Of a stretch of DNA of 64,000 nt, positions 1-9,611 are shown piece after piece. The notes beneath the pieces are model-generated. The model had not been told where the DNA came from. It saw only the letters and a program-made list of their open reading frames with translations, and did not search any database. Position numbers and translations under genes: made by a program. This stretch comes from an uncultured Clostridiaceae bacterium (GTDB taxonomy: Bacteria; Bacillota; Clostridia; TANB77; CAG-508), in NCBI GenBank assembly GCA_946998225.1, contig CAMPYH010000001.1, positions 162,428 through 226,427 on the forward strand, given 5' to 3'. Position 1 is the first letter of the stretch, and every line of letters starts with the position of its first letter.

Positions 1-20
1 AAGCAGAAGATGTATCAAAA

Positions 21-1304
21 ATGGTTTTAGTAGGATATATCGAACCAGAAAATGAAGAAATAAAAAAATGGCTTATTGTTAACGGAACTGAAGGAGTTTC
101 AAGATATCCTATACCTGCAATTCCAATTGCGGAAAAAATAGATTTATTAGAGGTACTAAAATCTGAAGATATGTCATTCGATCTAATAGAAGGGATATCG
201 GATATTCTAAAAGGATTACTAGATCCGGATGAGAATCCAGCACCTGGATTAAAAAATAAAAAGGAAATATTTAATGCATATTTCAGTCTTAATAGGAGAT
301 TTTATGATTCAATAAAATATAATTTAGGACTAGTACATATTTTTAAGTATTTATCAAAAGAAAATACATATGAGGATTTAAGAGAAAAAATTCATAAATA
401 TTTTCTTTCAGAGAGAGTACTAAGATTTATATTTAATATTTTAAATAATAAATATAAGTGTGAAGATGAATATTTTCAAAAAATGGCAAATATATGTGAA
501 ATACTTATTATTTCAGATAATAATATATTTAATAAAATCATATATAAAAAATTAAAAGAGAATAATAATGTAATGTTTAGATCAGCAATTGAATTATTAC
601 TAAAAGATGATGAATATCATAATAAAGCATTAGAAATGATTTATTGTAGTGATTTTTCAGAATATTATGGTGATCCTGCTCGAGAAATAATTGAGGAAGA
701 AAGATTAGAGGTTTTAAGCGAACTTCTAATTATGCAAAATGAATATAATTTAATAATAGATAAACTTGTTGTTGATGGTTTAAAATGTAGATATATTCCA
801 CAAAGAAATTTAGCTTTATCAGCTATAGAAAACTGGATGTTTAAGGAGAATAAAAGATTTAAAGATTTACCTGAAAGTATACAAGTTGTACTAGAAGAAT
901 TAGAAGAGACAGAAATTTTTACTAATTTTAAGCGAAGAATAAATATAATTACAGATAATACAAATGAAGAAGTAGAAAATATTGAGGATGAAAATGTAAT
1001 TTTTATTCATGAAAAAGATAGATTCGATATATTTGAAGCAGATTTAAATTTACTTTTTAATCCATACATTATACGTGAAGGTCAAAAATATGTAGATTTA
1101 AACATGGTAAATAGCAGTTTACAAGTAGGCGATAAATGTATTGTATATGTTCAAGGCTTAAGCTTTAATGAAGAATATAAAGTTAAGTTTAAAAGAAATG
1201 GAAGTAAAATTACAAAAATGTCTTGTACATGTGATGATCAAGATAATTGTGTACATGAATATGCAGCTATTAAACATATTAGAGATAAATATTCAGCTAA
1301 TTAA
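21..1304 (+). CDS. SWIM zinc-finger domain protein (helical-repeat N-terminal region, C-terminal SWIM finger). The reading frame is open back to the window edge, so the N-terminus may lie upstream.
   Basis: The C-terminus reads KMSCTCDDQDNCVHEYAAIKH, a CxCxnCxH SWIM signature. There is no stop between position 1 and the ATG at 21 in the same frame. The remainder is rich in predicted helical repeats. Confidence 0.5.
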   Translation: MVLVGYIEPENEEIKKWLIVNGTEGVSRYPIPAIPIAEKIDLLEVLKSEDMSFDLIEGISDILKGLLDPDENPAPGLKNKKEIFNAYFSLNRRFYDSIKYNLGLVHIFKYLSKENTYEDLREKIHKYFLSERVLRFIFNILNNKYKCEDEYFQKMANICEILIISDNNIFNKIIYKKLKENNNVMFRSAIELLLKDDEYHNKALEMIYCSDFSEYYGDPAREIIEEERLEVLSELLIMQNEYNLIIDKLVVDGLKCRYIPQRNLALSAIENWMFKENKRFKDLPESIQVVLEELEETEIFTNFKRRINIITDNTNEEVENIEDENVIFIHEKDRFDIFEADLNLLFNPYIIREGQKYVDLNMVNSSLQVGDKCIVYVQGLSFNEEYKVKFKRNGSKITKMSCTCDDQDNCVHEYAAIKHIRDKYSAN

Positions 1305-1398
1305 TTAAAATATATTTGCAAAAGATGGAGATTATGGGGCATACACATATTGTGATAGAAAGAAATAACAAATTTATAAAATGATAAAATATAAAACT

Positions 1399-1427
1399 TT
1401 GATTAAATAACTTTTCCAACGTATAAT
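1399..1427 (+). promoter_or_regulatory. Sigma-A type promoter for tRNA-Trp
   Basis: TTGATT(1399-1404) - 17 nt spacer - TATAAT(1422-1427), about 45 nt upstream of the tRNA. Confidence 0.6.
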
Positions 1428-1475
1428 ATTATAAGTAAGAGGCTTTGCCTGTATAGGGCGATCACCCTCTTACAT

Positions 1476-1550
1476 GAGAATTTAGTTTAACAGGTAAAAC
1501 AACGGTCTCCAAAACCGTAAAACGAGGTTCGAGCCCTTGCGTTCTCGCCA
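1476..1550 (+). tRNA. tRNA-Trp (anticodon CCA)
   Basis: Cloverleaf by hand: D-stem GTTT/AAAC with a GG-containing loop, anticodon stem ACGGT/ACCGT around loop CTCCAAA, T-loop TTCGAGC, encoded CCA end. The acceptor stem has 5 Watson-Crick pairs, 1 wobble and 1 mismatch (pair 7-66). Confidence 0.75.
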
Positions 1551-1552
1551 AT

Positions 1553-1580
1553 TTAAGAGAGTTCAGCTCTCTTTTTTTTA
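1553..1580 (+). terminator. Rho-independent terminator after tRNA-Trp
   Basis: Hairpin AAGAGAG-ttcag-CTCTCTT followed by TTTTTTT. Confidence 0.7.
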
Positions 1581-1975
1581 TGTAATAAAACTTGATACAA
1601 TTGTATTGATTAAATAATATTGGTCCATCTTAGATATAAAATTTATAAGGAAAAAAATTATAAAAACAACAAATATAACAGAAGAATTTTTAGAAAAAAT
1701 GCTCTGGCAAGATGGTGCATATTGCTTTTGTTACAGGAAAACCATATACAGGATTATGCACAGAATACATGGAACCAATTTTAGAAGATGAAGAGCCTAC
1801 TATATTCTGTGAACCAAACAGGGCATTTTTTCAAAGTAGAATAAAAGAATTAGAAATACTAAATTAAAAGAAATTAATTTTAAATAGAAAATATTAATTA
1901 AGTATTATACCCCAATTATACCCCAATTTTGAAAAAATTATTCTATATTTTAATAAGTAGGGTTAAGGACATAAA

Positions 1976-2015
1976 AAAAGAAACGTTTATATAACAACGT
2001 TTCTTTTGTTTTTTG
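1976..2015. terminator. Bidirectional rho-independent terminator
   Basis: Hairpin AAAGAAACGTT-tatataa-AACGTTTCTTT with T-runs on both strands. On the minus strand it lies downstream of tRNA-Leu. Confidence 0.6.
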
Positions 2016-2047
2016 AGTCTATTCAAATTATTGAAAAACCCTTAATT

Positions 2048-2136
2048 TGGTGCGAATACCCGGGGTCGAACCGGGACGGGGTTTGATCCCCGCAGGATTT
2101 TAAGTCCTGTGCGTCTACCAATTCCGCCATATTCGC
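2048..2136 (-). tRNA. tRNA-Leu (anticodon UAA), type II with long variable arm
   Basis: Reverse complement reads GCGAATA TG GCG...CAGGA CTTAAAA TCCTG CGGGGATCAAACCCCG CCCGG TTCGACC CCGGG TATTCGC A CCA. The acceptor stem pairs perfectly and the variable arm is 16 nt. Confidence 0.9.
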
Positions 2137-2152
2137 ATTGCAAATATAAAAA

Positions 2153-2181
2153 AGTATATTGCAAAAAGAGAAAAATGTCAA
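2153..2181 (-). promoter_or_regulatory. Consensus sigma-A promoter for tRNA-Leu (minus strand)
   Basis: On the minus strand: TTGACA - 17 nt - TATACT, 16 nt upstream of the tRNA 5' end. Confidence 0.65.
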
Positions 2182-2184
2182 TAT

Positions 2185-2955
2185 CTATAATTTAAAAAGT
2201 TTTTTGGCATTCTCTGTTGTTATTTTTTCTATATACGTAAAATCTTTTTCTTTTATTTCTGCAATTTTTTCAGCTGTTAATTTTACATATTTAGGAAAGT
2301 TTGTTTTACCTCTAAAAGGATGTGGAGTAAGATAAGGTGAATCTGTTTCAATTAAAAGTTTATCATCTGGAACAAGGAGTACAGATGAATTTGGTTTTGC
2401 ATTTTTAAAAGTAACAGTACCACTAAAAGATATATAAAATCCTAATTTAAGTCCTTCTTTAATTAAATGTTCATTAAAAGATGTACTATGGAAAATTCCT
2501 GAATATTTAGGAGGATTTTTTTGTAATATTTCTAATATATCATTTGTAGCTTCGCGTATATGTAAAATTACTGGAAGTTTTAATTTATTTGCAAGCTCTA
2601 TTTGTTTTACTAAAAGCTTTTTTTGAATATCTATATATTCTTTTGTCCAGTAGTAATCAAGTCCAATTTCCCCAATACCAATAACTTTTTTATTTTCAGC
2701 AAGTTTTTCTATTTCCTTTAAGTCTTTATCTATATTTTCATCATTTAAATATTTATCTGCATTTTCTGGATGAATACCAATAAGGGCATAAACATTTTCG
2801 TATTTTTCTGCAGTTTTTATTGCTTCTTTTGAATCTTCTATAGATGTTCCAGGTATAGAAATATACCCAACTCCTGAATTATTTGCATCTTCAATTACTT
2901 CATCTATATTTTCATAATATTCTTTATATATGTGTGCATGTGTATCAAATAACAT
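2185..2955 (-). CDS. tatD: TatD-family metal-dependent hydrolase (DNase)
   Basis: MLFDTHAHIY... TatD/YabD signature N-terminus with a TIM-barrel-like composition; 256 aa. Confidence 0.8.
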   Translation of the reverse strand: MLFDTHAHIYKEYYENIDEVIEDANNSGVGYISIPGTSIEDSKEAIKTAEKYENVYALIGIHPENADKYLNDENIDKDLKEIEKLAENKKVIGIGEIGLDYYWTKEYIDIQKKLLVKQIELANKLKLPVILHIREATNDILEILQKNPPKYSGIFHSTSFNEHLIKEGLKLGFYISFSGTVTFKNAKPNSSVLLVPDDKLLIETDSPYLTPHPFRGKTNFPKYVKLTAEKIAEIKEKDFTYIEKITTENAKKLFKL

Positions 2956-2975
2956 ATTAATCCTTTCATATTTTA

Positions 2976-3347
2976 TTAGGTTAAAAGAATTGCTGTTGTA
3001 GATGTATAGTCTCCATCGTGTGAAATACTAATATCTACATTATTTTCATATTCTTTTAAATCTTTATTTAAAATATTTACATATGGAATTTTTCCATCGT
3101 GTAATATTTCAAAATCTCTTATACCTAGTGTGCCTTCATATATTTTTGAAAAAACTTTTATAAGTGATTCTTTTGCAGAAAACATACCAGCTAAACTTTC
3201 ATATTTTGTATTTTCTTTCTCTTTAACATAATTAAGTTCTGCTTCAGAAAAGGCAGAACTTAAAAAGGTTTTAGAAAGTATATCTTTTTCTTTTATACGA
3301 GAAATTTTTAATATATCGTTTCCTATATATATATTCATAATCACCAT
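2976..3347 (-). CDS. acpS: Holo-[acyl-carrier-protein] synthase (4'-phosphopantetheinyl transferase)
   Basis: 123 aa. N-terminal IYIGNDILKISRI (AcpS GIDIVEIxRI motif) and C-terminal ISISHDGDYTSTTAIL (AcpS-like SLSHxxxYAvA). Confidence 0.75.
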   Translation of the reverse strand: MVIMNIYIGNDILKISRIKEKDILSKTFLSSAFSEAELNYVKEKENTKYESLAGMFSAKESLIKVFSKIYEGTLGIRDFEILHDGKIPYVNILNKDLKEYENNVDISISHDGDYTSTTAILLT

Positions 3348-4561
3348 CCATAAAATTTAAAGAATAAAATAATTATAATAAGTACAATTATAATAAATAT
3401 TGTATTCTTTTTTAGAACAATATTTTCCTCAATTCGTTCTTCTTTATATATCATATTAGTTTTAGATATTATAGACAAATATAATGTATTTAATTTTAAG
3501 ATATCTATTAAACTATTAAAGTATTTAGTCATTCTTTGTGAATTAGTAATATCTACACTCCAATAATTTTTATTAAATAAATTAATATCCTTTACTAATT
3601 GGTTAAAATCGCTTTTGTTATTACTTAAATTATTAATTCTTTTGTTAAAAAAGATAAGAGAAATTCTATAGAATAAAGCAATAATATATGCAAATAAATA
3701 TGTTGTTTCGTATTCTACAGGTAAATAACCAAAATTATATGGATCTACACCAGAGCAAAGTAAATTAGATGAAATTTTAGTAACACCAATTTTTCTATAC
3801 TCATATTCTGTATTAATATCTGCACCTAATTTTGTAACATCTGCATTATATGATGATGAATAAACTTTCATATATTTTTGCAAAATATTTATCAGAACAT
3901 CTGGTTCAGTTTCTTCATTCCAAACACTGTTTTCCACACATGTGTATGAAAATGTGTAAAAGTTTTCCATATTTGTATATTTACTTATATCTTCTAAATT
4001 TACATCTATCAATGAATATACAAAATTTTTAAAATCTCCTAATGAATTATGCTTTGAATCTGAAAGCATAATTGATTGAAATTTTTGTATATTATTTAAA
4101 TCTGAAAGAAGTTCTTTAAATCTATAATTAAAATCTAGAACATCTTCAAAATTATAACTATCTATACTTGTTTTAAAAGTAAGAAAACATACTCCATTTT
4201 TGAATATATATAGTTTTATATCTTGCAGATTAAAATATATTTTGTTTTCATCCTTATCTATATCTAGACTTCCGAGCAATTGACTTTTGTCATTATATTC
4301 AAAAACTAATAAATTTCTATCACGCATTTTATGTGCTTTATCTTTATTACTTAATCTTGAATATTTTTTTGTATCTAGTAAGCTATTTGTTAAGTCTGGT
4401 GAAAAAGTAGTATATATACTTGCATCTTTTGTTTTTGAAAAAGATACGTAATCAAAAAATGGTTTATTTAAAATATTATAAATGTATTTATCATAATTAT
4501 CCTTATTTATGATAAATGGTAATATAAAATATGAGTAATGATATTTAATTGGTAATTTCAT
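3341..4561 (-). CDS. Hypothetical protein with a C-terminal transmembrane anchor
   Basis: 406-aa ORF overlapping acpS by 7 nt (translational coupling). The C-terminus FIIIVLIIIILFFKFY is hydrophobic. No recognised motif. Confidence 0.5.
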   Translation of the reverse strand: MKLPIKYHYSYFILPFIINKDNYDKYIYNILNKPFFDYVSFSKTKDASIYTTFSPDLTNSLLDTKKYSRLSNKDKAHKMRDRNLLVFEYNDKSQLLGSLDIDKDENKIYFNLQDIKLYIFKNGVCFLTFKTSIDSYNFEDVLDFNYRFKELLSDLNNIQKFQSIMLSDSKHNSLGDFKNFVYSLIDVNLEDISKYTNMENFYTFSYTCVENSVWNEETEPDVLINILQKYMKVYSSSYNADVTKLGADINTEYEYRKIGVTKISSNLLCSGVDPYNFGYLPVEYETTYLFAYIIALFYRISLIFFNKRINNLSNNKSDFNQLVKDINLFNKNYWSVDITNSQRMTKYFNSLIDILKLNTLYLSIISKTNMIYKEERIEENIVLKKNTIFIIIVLIIIILFFKFYGW

Positions 4562-4605
4562 AAAATTTCCTTTTTTCTTTAGTGTATACTTGATTATTTA
4601 TTTAA

Positions 4606-6270
4606 TTAATTTCCTTTTTTATATGTATTTAGTTCTACATTCTTATCTAAATAATAATTTTTAATAAAATCTATTTTTGTATTTTGGCTAAGGTCTAAAC
4701 TTGGTTCAATTATAACATTTCCCATGTGATCAAGAACTCCCCATTTATTATTTCTTGAAACAGGTATAAAGCCATAAGGATTTTGCACCATAGCTTCATC
4801 ATATATAGCTGGAACAATTACATTATTTTTGTCATTTACAAAACCAATTTTTCCATTTTCTTCAAACATATATAGATTATTTTCTGGGTAAACGTCTTTT
4901 TCAGATTTTTCTTGGAAGTTAAACATATAGTATTTATATGTTTTTCCGTTTTTAACTTTTATAAATGATTTTGCATAATTAATATTTTCAATAATTCCAG
5001 ATATTTTTAGATCAAATTTATTATCATAAACATCTAAATTATTATCATTTTTATTTTCATGTGCTAAGTAGAAGTTACCTTCACTTATGTATTCAATACT
5101 ATCATATGGTTTTTTTAGAATATTTTTTCTATCTTTTTCTTGTTTTACAATATCTTTTTTTGCAGTAAAGTATTGAGAAATATTATATTTTCCATCTTTT
5201 TTAACAATATATGTATTAAGACCTGCAAACTTTATATCATCATATTCAAAAGGTATTATGATGTTCTTCTCAAAGTCAGTAGCTCCAAATTTATTTTTAT
5301 CATTTTTAGATATTACAATATTATCCATTATATCTACAGGATCATTTTTAATATCTTTAGATACAGCTTCACCTTTTTCATTATATATAGATTTATCATT
5401 ACCTTTTTTAGCAACAAAATATTTATTAGAATTAGTAAGATAAATTTCATTAAATTCAGCAGATAGTATAGTTTGGTTTTTACAAGATGTAACACCTTTT
5501 AAATTATCAAAAACAACAATATATGCTGTGTTTTCATTTGAATTTACAGGAATAATTTCTTTATATACAGGTGCTACAACAACATTAAAGTTAGTTGTAT
5601 TTAAAACCCCTTTTTTTCCATTTTCTTCTATTAATATTCTGTTTTTTATTCCAGGAAATACTTTAAAAGAATCATATTTTGCTTCTGCTTTTACATTTCC
5701 TTCATAATCAATAAATCCATATTTATTCTCTTGTTTAAAAGCTAAAATATTTTTATCATATGAAATTTCATTTAAATCATATTGTATTGGAACAATATCT
5801 CTTTTTTTAATAACTGAATTATTGTTTTTATTTACTGCTCTTGTAGAAAATTTATCTTTTGATGATATATCATATGTAATAATGAAAACATCCTTTTCAT
5901 TATTAGGAATAATTATCATTTCTTTATATTCATTTGGAATTACCTCATTACCATTTGAATCAATAACACCCCAGTTATTGTCTACAAAAGTAGTATAATA
6001 TCTAATTGGATTTTTTCTTACAATTTTGTATGAAGTTAGAGCTGTTTTTAAGTTTTTAAAACCTATTATACAAAGAGCAAGCAAGATAGGAAGAAGAACA
6101 AACATTAAAACTTTAGTAAAATTTAATTTATTAGTATCATCATTACCAGAATAATTATTATTTTCTTTTCTAGGGTTTGAGCTTTCTTTTGAAATTTTAA
6201 TTTTACTACTTGTATTTTGAGTACTTCTATTTCTTTGACTCATCCTATGTCTTCTTGGATTTCTTTCCAT
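4606..6270 (-). CDS. WG-repeat (KWG-type) membrane-anchored protein
   Basis: Basic N-terminus, one TM helix (VLMFVLLPILLALCIIGF), then repeated x-WG-x-(I/L)D-x-xGN-x-VI-xP-xYD units (NWGVIDSNGNEVIP, KYGFIDYEGNV, KIGFVNDKNNVIVP, KWGVLDHMGNVIIEP). Confidence 0.65.
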   Translation of the reverse strand: MERNPRRHRMSQRNRSTQNTSSKIKISKESSNPRKENNNYSGNDDTNKLNFTKVLMFVLLPILLALCIIGFKNLKTALTSYKIVRKNPIRYYTTFVDNNWGVIDSNGNEVIPNEYKEMIIIPNNEKDVFIITYDISSKDKFSTRAVNKNNNSVIKKRDIVPIQYDLNEISYDKNILAFKQENKYGFIDYEGNVKAEAKYDSFKVFPGIKNRILIEENGKKGVLNTTNFNVVVAPVYKEIIPVNSNENTAYIVVFDNLKGVTSCKNQTILSAEFNEIYLTNSNKYFVAKKGNDKSIYNEKGEAVSKDIKNDPVDIMDNIVISKNDKNKFGATDFEKNIIIPFEYDDIKFAGLNTYIVKKDGKYNISQYFTAKKDIVKQEKDRKNILKKPYDSIEYISEGNFYLAHENKNDNNLDVYDNKFDLKISGIIENINYAKSFIKVKNGKTYKYYMFNFQEKSEKDVYPENNLYMFEENGKIGFVNDKNNVIVPAIYDEAMVQNPYGFIPVSRNNKWGVLDHMGNVIIEPSLDLSQNTKIDFIKNYYLDKNVELNTYKKGN

Positions 6271-6281
6271 TTACTTCTCCT

Positions 6282-6953
6282 TTAATTAATTTTTTGAACT
6301 TCAAATATTGAATTAGGTGATAAATCAATATAAGTATCTTTCTTTATTTGTATTTCTTTGAAAAGATTGTTTTCAAAAACAATTTCTTCTAGATTTTTTT
6401 CTTTAACGATTCCTTTTTCTTCATAAGTCTGTTGTAAATATATTGAAGGATTCAAATTAGAATTTAGATTTTTAATATCTAATTTTCTAAATTTATACTT
6501 ACCTTGTGGCAAGTAATATTTTAGTTTAGCACCACTGTCTAAAACATTTATTTTACCATATGCTCCAAAAATACCTTGAACTAAAATAATAACATCTTCA
6601 TTATTTTCATTTTTAAGAAAATTTTTCTTGTTAGTATATATTTCTTTATTATTAGTGCTATTTACAATACTATATATGTCTTTTTTGTTATATAAGTAAA
6701 CATCAAAATTATCTTTTTCAGTATTAAGTTTAACAATTTTTAAAATATCTTTTTTATTTAAATCTTCTGCATTAGAAAAATTAATACTTTTATAATTTAA
6801 TTTTTTCATTAAATCTGAAATTACAAGCTTGGTATTTTCTTTTTCTAAAAAATTTATTGATTTAAAAGAAAAAAATATAAATAAAAAAGTTAAAGTAACT
6901 ATAGTAATAAATATAATAATTACTTGCTTTTTAATTTTATTATTATCATCCAT
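6282..6953 (-). CDS. Hypothetical N-terminally membrane-anchored protein
   Basis: 223-aa ORF with a single N-terminal TM (VIIIFITIVTLTFLFIFF). Same operon as its flanking genes. Confidence 0.45.
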   Translation of the reverse strand: MDDNNKIKKQVIIIFITIVTLTFLFIFFSFKSINFLEKENTKLVISDLMKKLNYKSINFSNAEDLNKKDILKIVKLNTEKDNFDVYLYNKKDIYSIVNSTNNKEIYTNKKNFLKNENNEDVIILVQGIFGAYGKINVLDSGAKLKYYLPQGKYKFRKLDIKNLNSNLNPSIYLQQTYEEKGIVKEKNLEEIVFENNLFKEIQIKKDTYIDLSPNSIFEVQKIN

Positions 6954-6995
6954 AGTATGAGTATATACTAATTAAAAAACAAAGAAAAGCAAAAG

Positions 6996-8312
6996 CTAAT
7001 CTTTGTTTAATATATTAATATTTTCAGAGTTTGAAATTGCATTAAAAATATTTATGCTTTCATCTTCAATCTCTTTTATATATGTATTAAATATCTCATT
7101 TTTTGGAATAAGTATATTATTGATTTCTAAGATATTGTAAAATTTAGAAATTTCCAGTGAATTAAAATTATTAATACTATAGAAAATCCATTTTTGTATA
7201 TCATCAATATGTTTAATTTCATTAAACAAATCATTATTTTCTAAATTTTCACTATTTATTAAAAGAGTTTCAAAAGTAGTCTTTTTATCTTTATCATAAA
7301 CTTTTCTGTAAATAAACATTGGATCACTTGTGTAAGAAAAATTATGTTCTCCAAAACTTGAAATATATTTATTAAAGTTGAAAATATTGAATATTTTTAA
7401 ATTTTCTTTACCTAAAACATATATTATGGATATTAAGTTTAAAGATATGGTTAAAGCTAAATCAAAATAATCTTTCAATAAAATAAATATAATAGATGTT
7501 GATACTATAAAAATTGATGTATATATTATAGATTCTTTTTTATTTAATTTTAAAGAAAGCCAAATAAATGCTAAATTTAAAACTAGCACTAAATTATTAA
7601 AATATACTTTAAATGCAATTATATTAATCAGTGTTGTAAGAATAATTAATATAAATGTACTCTTTAAATCTACATTATACATATTTTTAAGTAAACAAAT
7701 TGCAGATATAAAGTAAGTAATTACAAAACATATATAGATATCTAATCCAAAATATTTATTTATTAAAAGCATGCTTACTAAAACTGTTAAAATTATAAAC
7801 ATATAATATGATACAATTTCAGTGTTTGAAAAAACTCTTTTTTTATCTTTATTTTTAATCATAGGCAAAACATTAACAATAAACTTATAAAGTACAAAAC
7901 ATAAAAGAGATATATATATGCTTTCCCAAAAACCAAATATAAATAAGTTTAAATAAAAACATACAAAAAGTAAGTATTTTTCTACTTTCAATTTTTCATA
8001 AATTTCATGTACAGCTACAAGTGGTTTTAAAAGTATTGTTAGTGATATAAAAATTGGTATATAAAAAATATATACTAATAAATATGGGGCGTTTCCAGAT
8101 ATTAAAATAGCAGCTAATGAAATTAATATACTAGGTGTTAAAATAAATCCAGCTGAGTATGCATAAGTAAATAGTGCAATTGCACCAAATGGTGTTTTTT
8201 TGTAAAAAATTAAAGAAATTATAAAATAAAGTGAGTAAAACAAAATGTTTTTAAGAACATTTTTTATATTAAGTATTAAATTAATATCTTTAAATTTTAC
8301 TTTTTTTTGCAT
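6996..8312 (-). CDS. Polytopic integral membrane protein (about 9-10 TM) with a soluble C-terminal domain; function unknown
   Basis: 438 aa. The first ~300 aa are almost entirely hydrophobic helices; the last ~130 aa are hydrophilic. First gene of the minus-strand operon. Confidence 0.5.
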   Translation of the reverse strand: MQKKVKFKDINLILNIKNVLKNILFYSLYFIISLIFYKKTPFGAIALFTYAYSAGFILTPSILISLAAILISGNAPYLLVYIFYIPIFISLTILLKPLVAVHEIYEKLKVEKYLLFVCFYLNLFIFGFWESIYISLLCFVLYKFIVNVLPMIKNKDKKRVFSNTEIVSYYMFIILTVLVSMLLINKYFGLDIYICFVITYFISAICLLKNMYNVDLKSTFILIILTTLINIIAFKVYFNNLVLVLNLAFIWLSLKLNKKESIIYTSIFIVSTSIIFILLKDYFDLALTISLNLISIIYVLGKENLKIFNIFNFNKYISSFGEHNFSYTSDPMFIYRKVYDKDKKTTFETLLINSENLENNDLFNEIKHIDDIQKWIFYSINNFNSLEISKFYNILEINNILIPKNEIFNTYIKEIEDESINIFNAISNSENINILNKD

Positions 8313-8384
8313 ATTTCCCCCATTTAATTTAAAATAATTGTATTATAAATTTTGGTGTAAAGCAAGGTAAAAACATTTTTAAAA

Positions 8385-8413
8385 TTGATAGATTTCAAAT
8401 TTTAAGGTAAAAT
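8385..8413 (+). promoter_or_regulatory. Sigma-A promoter for prfA
   Basis: TTGATA(8385-8390) - 17 nt - TAAAAT(8408-8413). RBS AAGAGGA lies upstream of the ATG at 8440. Confidence 0.55.
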
Positions 8414-8439
8414 AATTATGTATTAAGAAAGAGGATATA

Positions 8440-9498
8440 ATGTTTGATAAACTAGAAGAAATAGAAAAAAAATATAATGAAATAAATGAAAAGCTGATGT
8501 CTAAGGAAGTTGCAGAAAATCCAAAGAAAATGATTGAGCTTAGTAAAGAACTAAGTGAGATTGAGGATATTGTAGTTGAATATAAAAAATATAAATCAGT
8601 TTTAAAAAATAAAGAAGAAGCAGAAGAACTTTTAAAAACTACATCTGGTGAAATGAAAGAACTTGCACATATGGAATTTGAAGAAAGCATAGAGGAATTA
8701 AATAATATTGAAAATTCATTAAAAGAGCTTTTAATTCCAAAAGATCCAAATGATACAAGAAATGTTATTGTTGAAATAAGAGCAGGTGCAGGTGGAGAAG
8801 AAGCTGCACTTTTTGCAGGAACTTTATTTAGAATGTATTCAATGTTTGCAGATGCAAAACATTGGAAAATTGAAGTTTTAAACGAAAATGAAACAGGACT
8901 TGGTGGATATAAAGATATTACATTTGCTGTTAAAGGTAAAGGTGTTTATGGAAAACTAAAATATGAAAGTGGGACACATAGAGTACAAAGAGTTCCAGAA
9001 ACTGAAAGTGGAGGTAGAATTCACACATCAACAGCAACTGTTGCAGTTTTACCTGAAGTAGAAGATGTAGAAATTGATCTTAATATGGACGATATTAGAA
9101 CAGATGTATATAGATCATCAGGTGCAGGTGGACAACACGTAAACAAGACTTCATCAGCAGTAAGAATGACACATATACCAACTGGAATTGTAGTTGAGTG
9201 TCAAAACGAAAGATCACAGTTAAAAAATAGAGAAACAGCACTTGGAATGCTTAAAGCAAAAATATATAATATGGAGCAAGAGAAAAAGCAAAAAGAACTT
9301 GCTGCAGAAAGAAAATCTCAAATTGGTACAGGTGATAGAAGTGAAAAGATAAGAACATATAATTATCCACAAGGAAGAATCACAGATCATAGAATTGGCG
9401 AAAACGTGTATAAATTTGATGCATTCTTAAATGGAGACATAGAAGAATTAATAGATAAAATTGCAGCATTTGATAGAGCTGAACATTTAAAAGAATAA
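8440..9498 (+). CDS. prfA: Peptide chain release factor 1
   Basis: 352 aa. Classic RF1 N-terminus MFDKLEEIEKKY, PxT-region and GGQ motif (SSGAGGQHVNKT). Confidence 0.95.
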   Translation: MFDKLEEIEKKYNEINEKLMSKEVAENPKKMIELSKELSEIEDIVVEYKKYKSVLKNKEEAEELLKTTSGEMKELAHMEFEESIEELNNIENSLKELLIPKDPNDTRNVIVEIRAGAGGEEAALFAGTLFRMYSMFADAKHWKIEVLNENETGLGGYKDITFAVKGKGVYGKLKYESGTHRVQRVPETESGGRIHTSTATVAVLPEVEDVEIDLNMDDIRTDVYRSSGAGGQHVNKTSSAVRMTHIPTGIVVECQNERSQLKNRETALGMLKAKIYNMEQEKKQKELAAERKSQIGTGDRSEKIRTYNYPQGRITDHRIGENVYKFDAFLNGDIEELIDKIAAFDRAEHLKE

Positions 9499-9508
9499 TA
9501 GATTACAT

Positions 9509-9552
9509 AAAAAGATTTCATATATAAATTAAAATTATGGAATCTTTTTTGT
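9509..9552 (+). terminator. Rho-independent terminator after prfA
   Basis: 12-bp AT-rich stem AAAGATTTCATA / TATGGAATCTTT with a 13-nt loop, followed by TTTTTT. Confidence 0.5.
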
Positions 9553-9611
9553 TTTGAATAAATTTCTTTTAAATGATATGCTAAAAAGGATTAAAAAGGG
9601 GTAAAAAACAC

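Noticed and set aside
1476-1550. Considered that this tRNA-like sequence could be a tmRNA 5' domain or a pseudo-tRNA, because of a mismatch at acceptor pair 7-66.
   Set aside because: It has a full cloverleaf with a canonical D-loop, anticodon loop (CCA) and T-loop, an encoded CCA end, its own promoter and terminator, and matches the Bacillus-type tRNA-Trp pattern. A single acceptor mismatch is tolerated.
1726-1881. 51-codon ORF (MVHIAFVTGKPYTGLCTEY...) between tRNA-Trp and tRNA-Leu; an overlapping frame gives ...EEFLEKMLWQDGAYCFCY.
   Set aside because: There is no convincing RBS for either frame, and a frame switch would be needed to join them. It is possibly a decayed small zinc-ribbon-like gene, but the evidence is too thin to call.
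3850-5466. Antisense/shadow ORFs from the six-frame track inside long genes (e.g. 3850-4032, 5140-5466, 8379-8690, 13322-13915, 16033-16438, 21499-22146, 26442-27386, 36666-37229, 52253-53236, 57502-58668).
   Set aside because: Each lies entirely within a well-supported gene on the opposite strand or in another frame, has a low-complexity or hydrophobic AT-rich composition, and lacks an RBS. They are typical spurious ORFs of an AT-rich genome.
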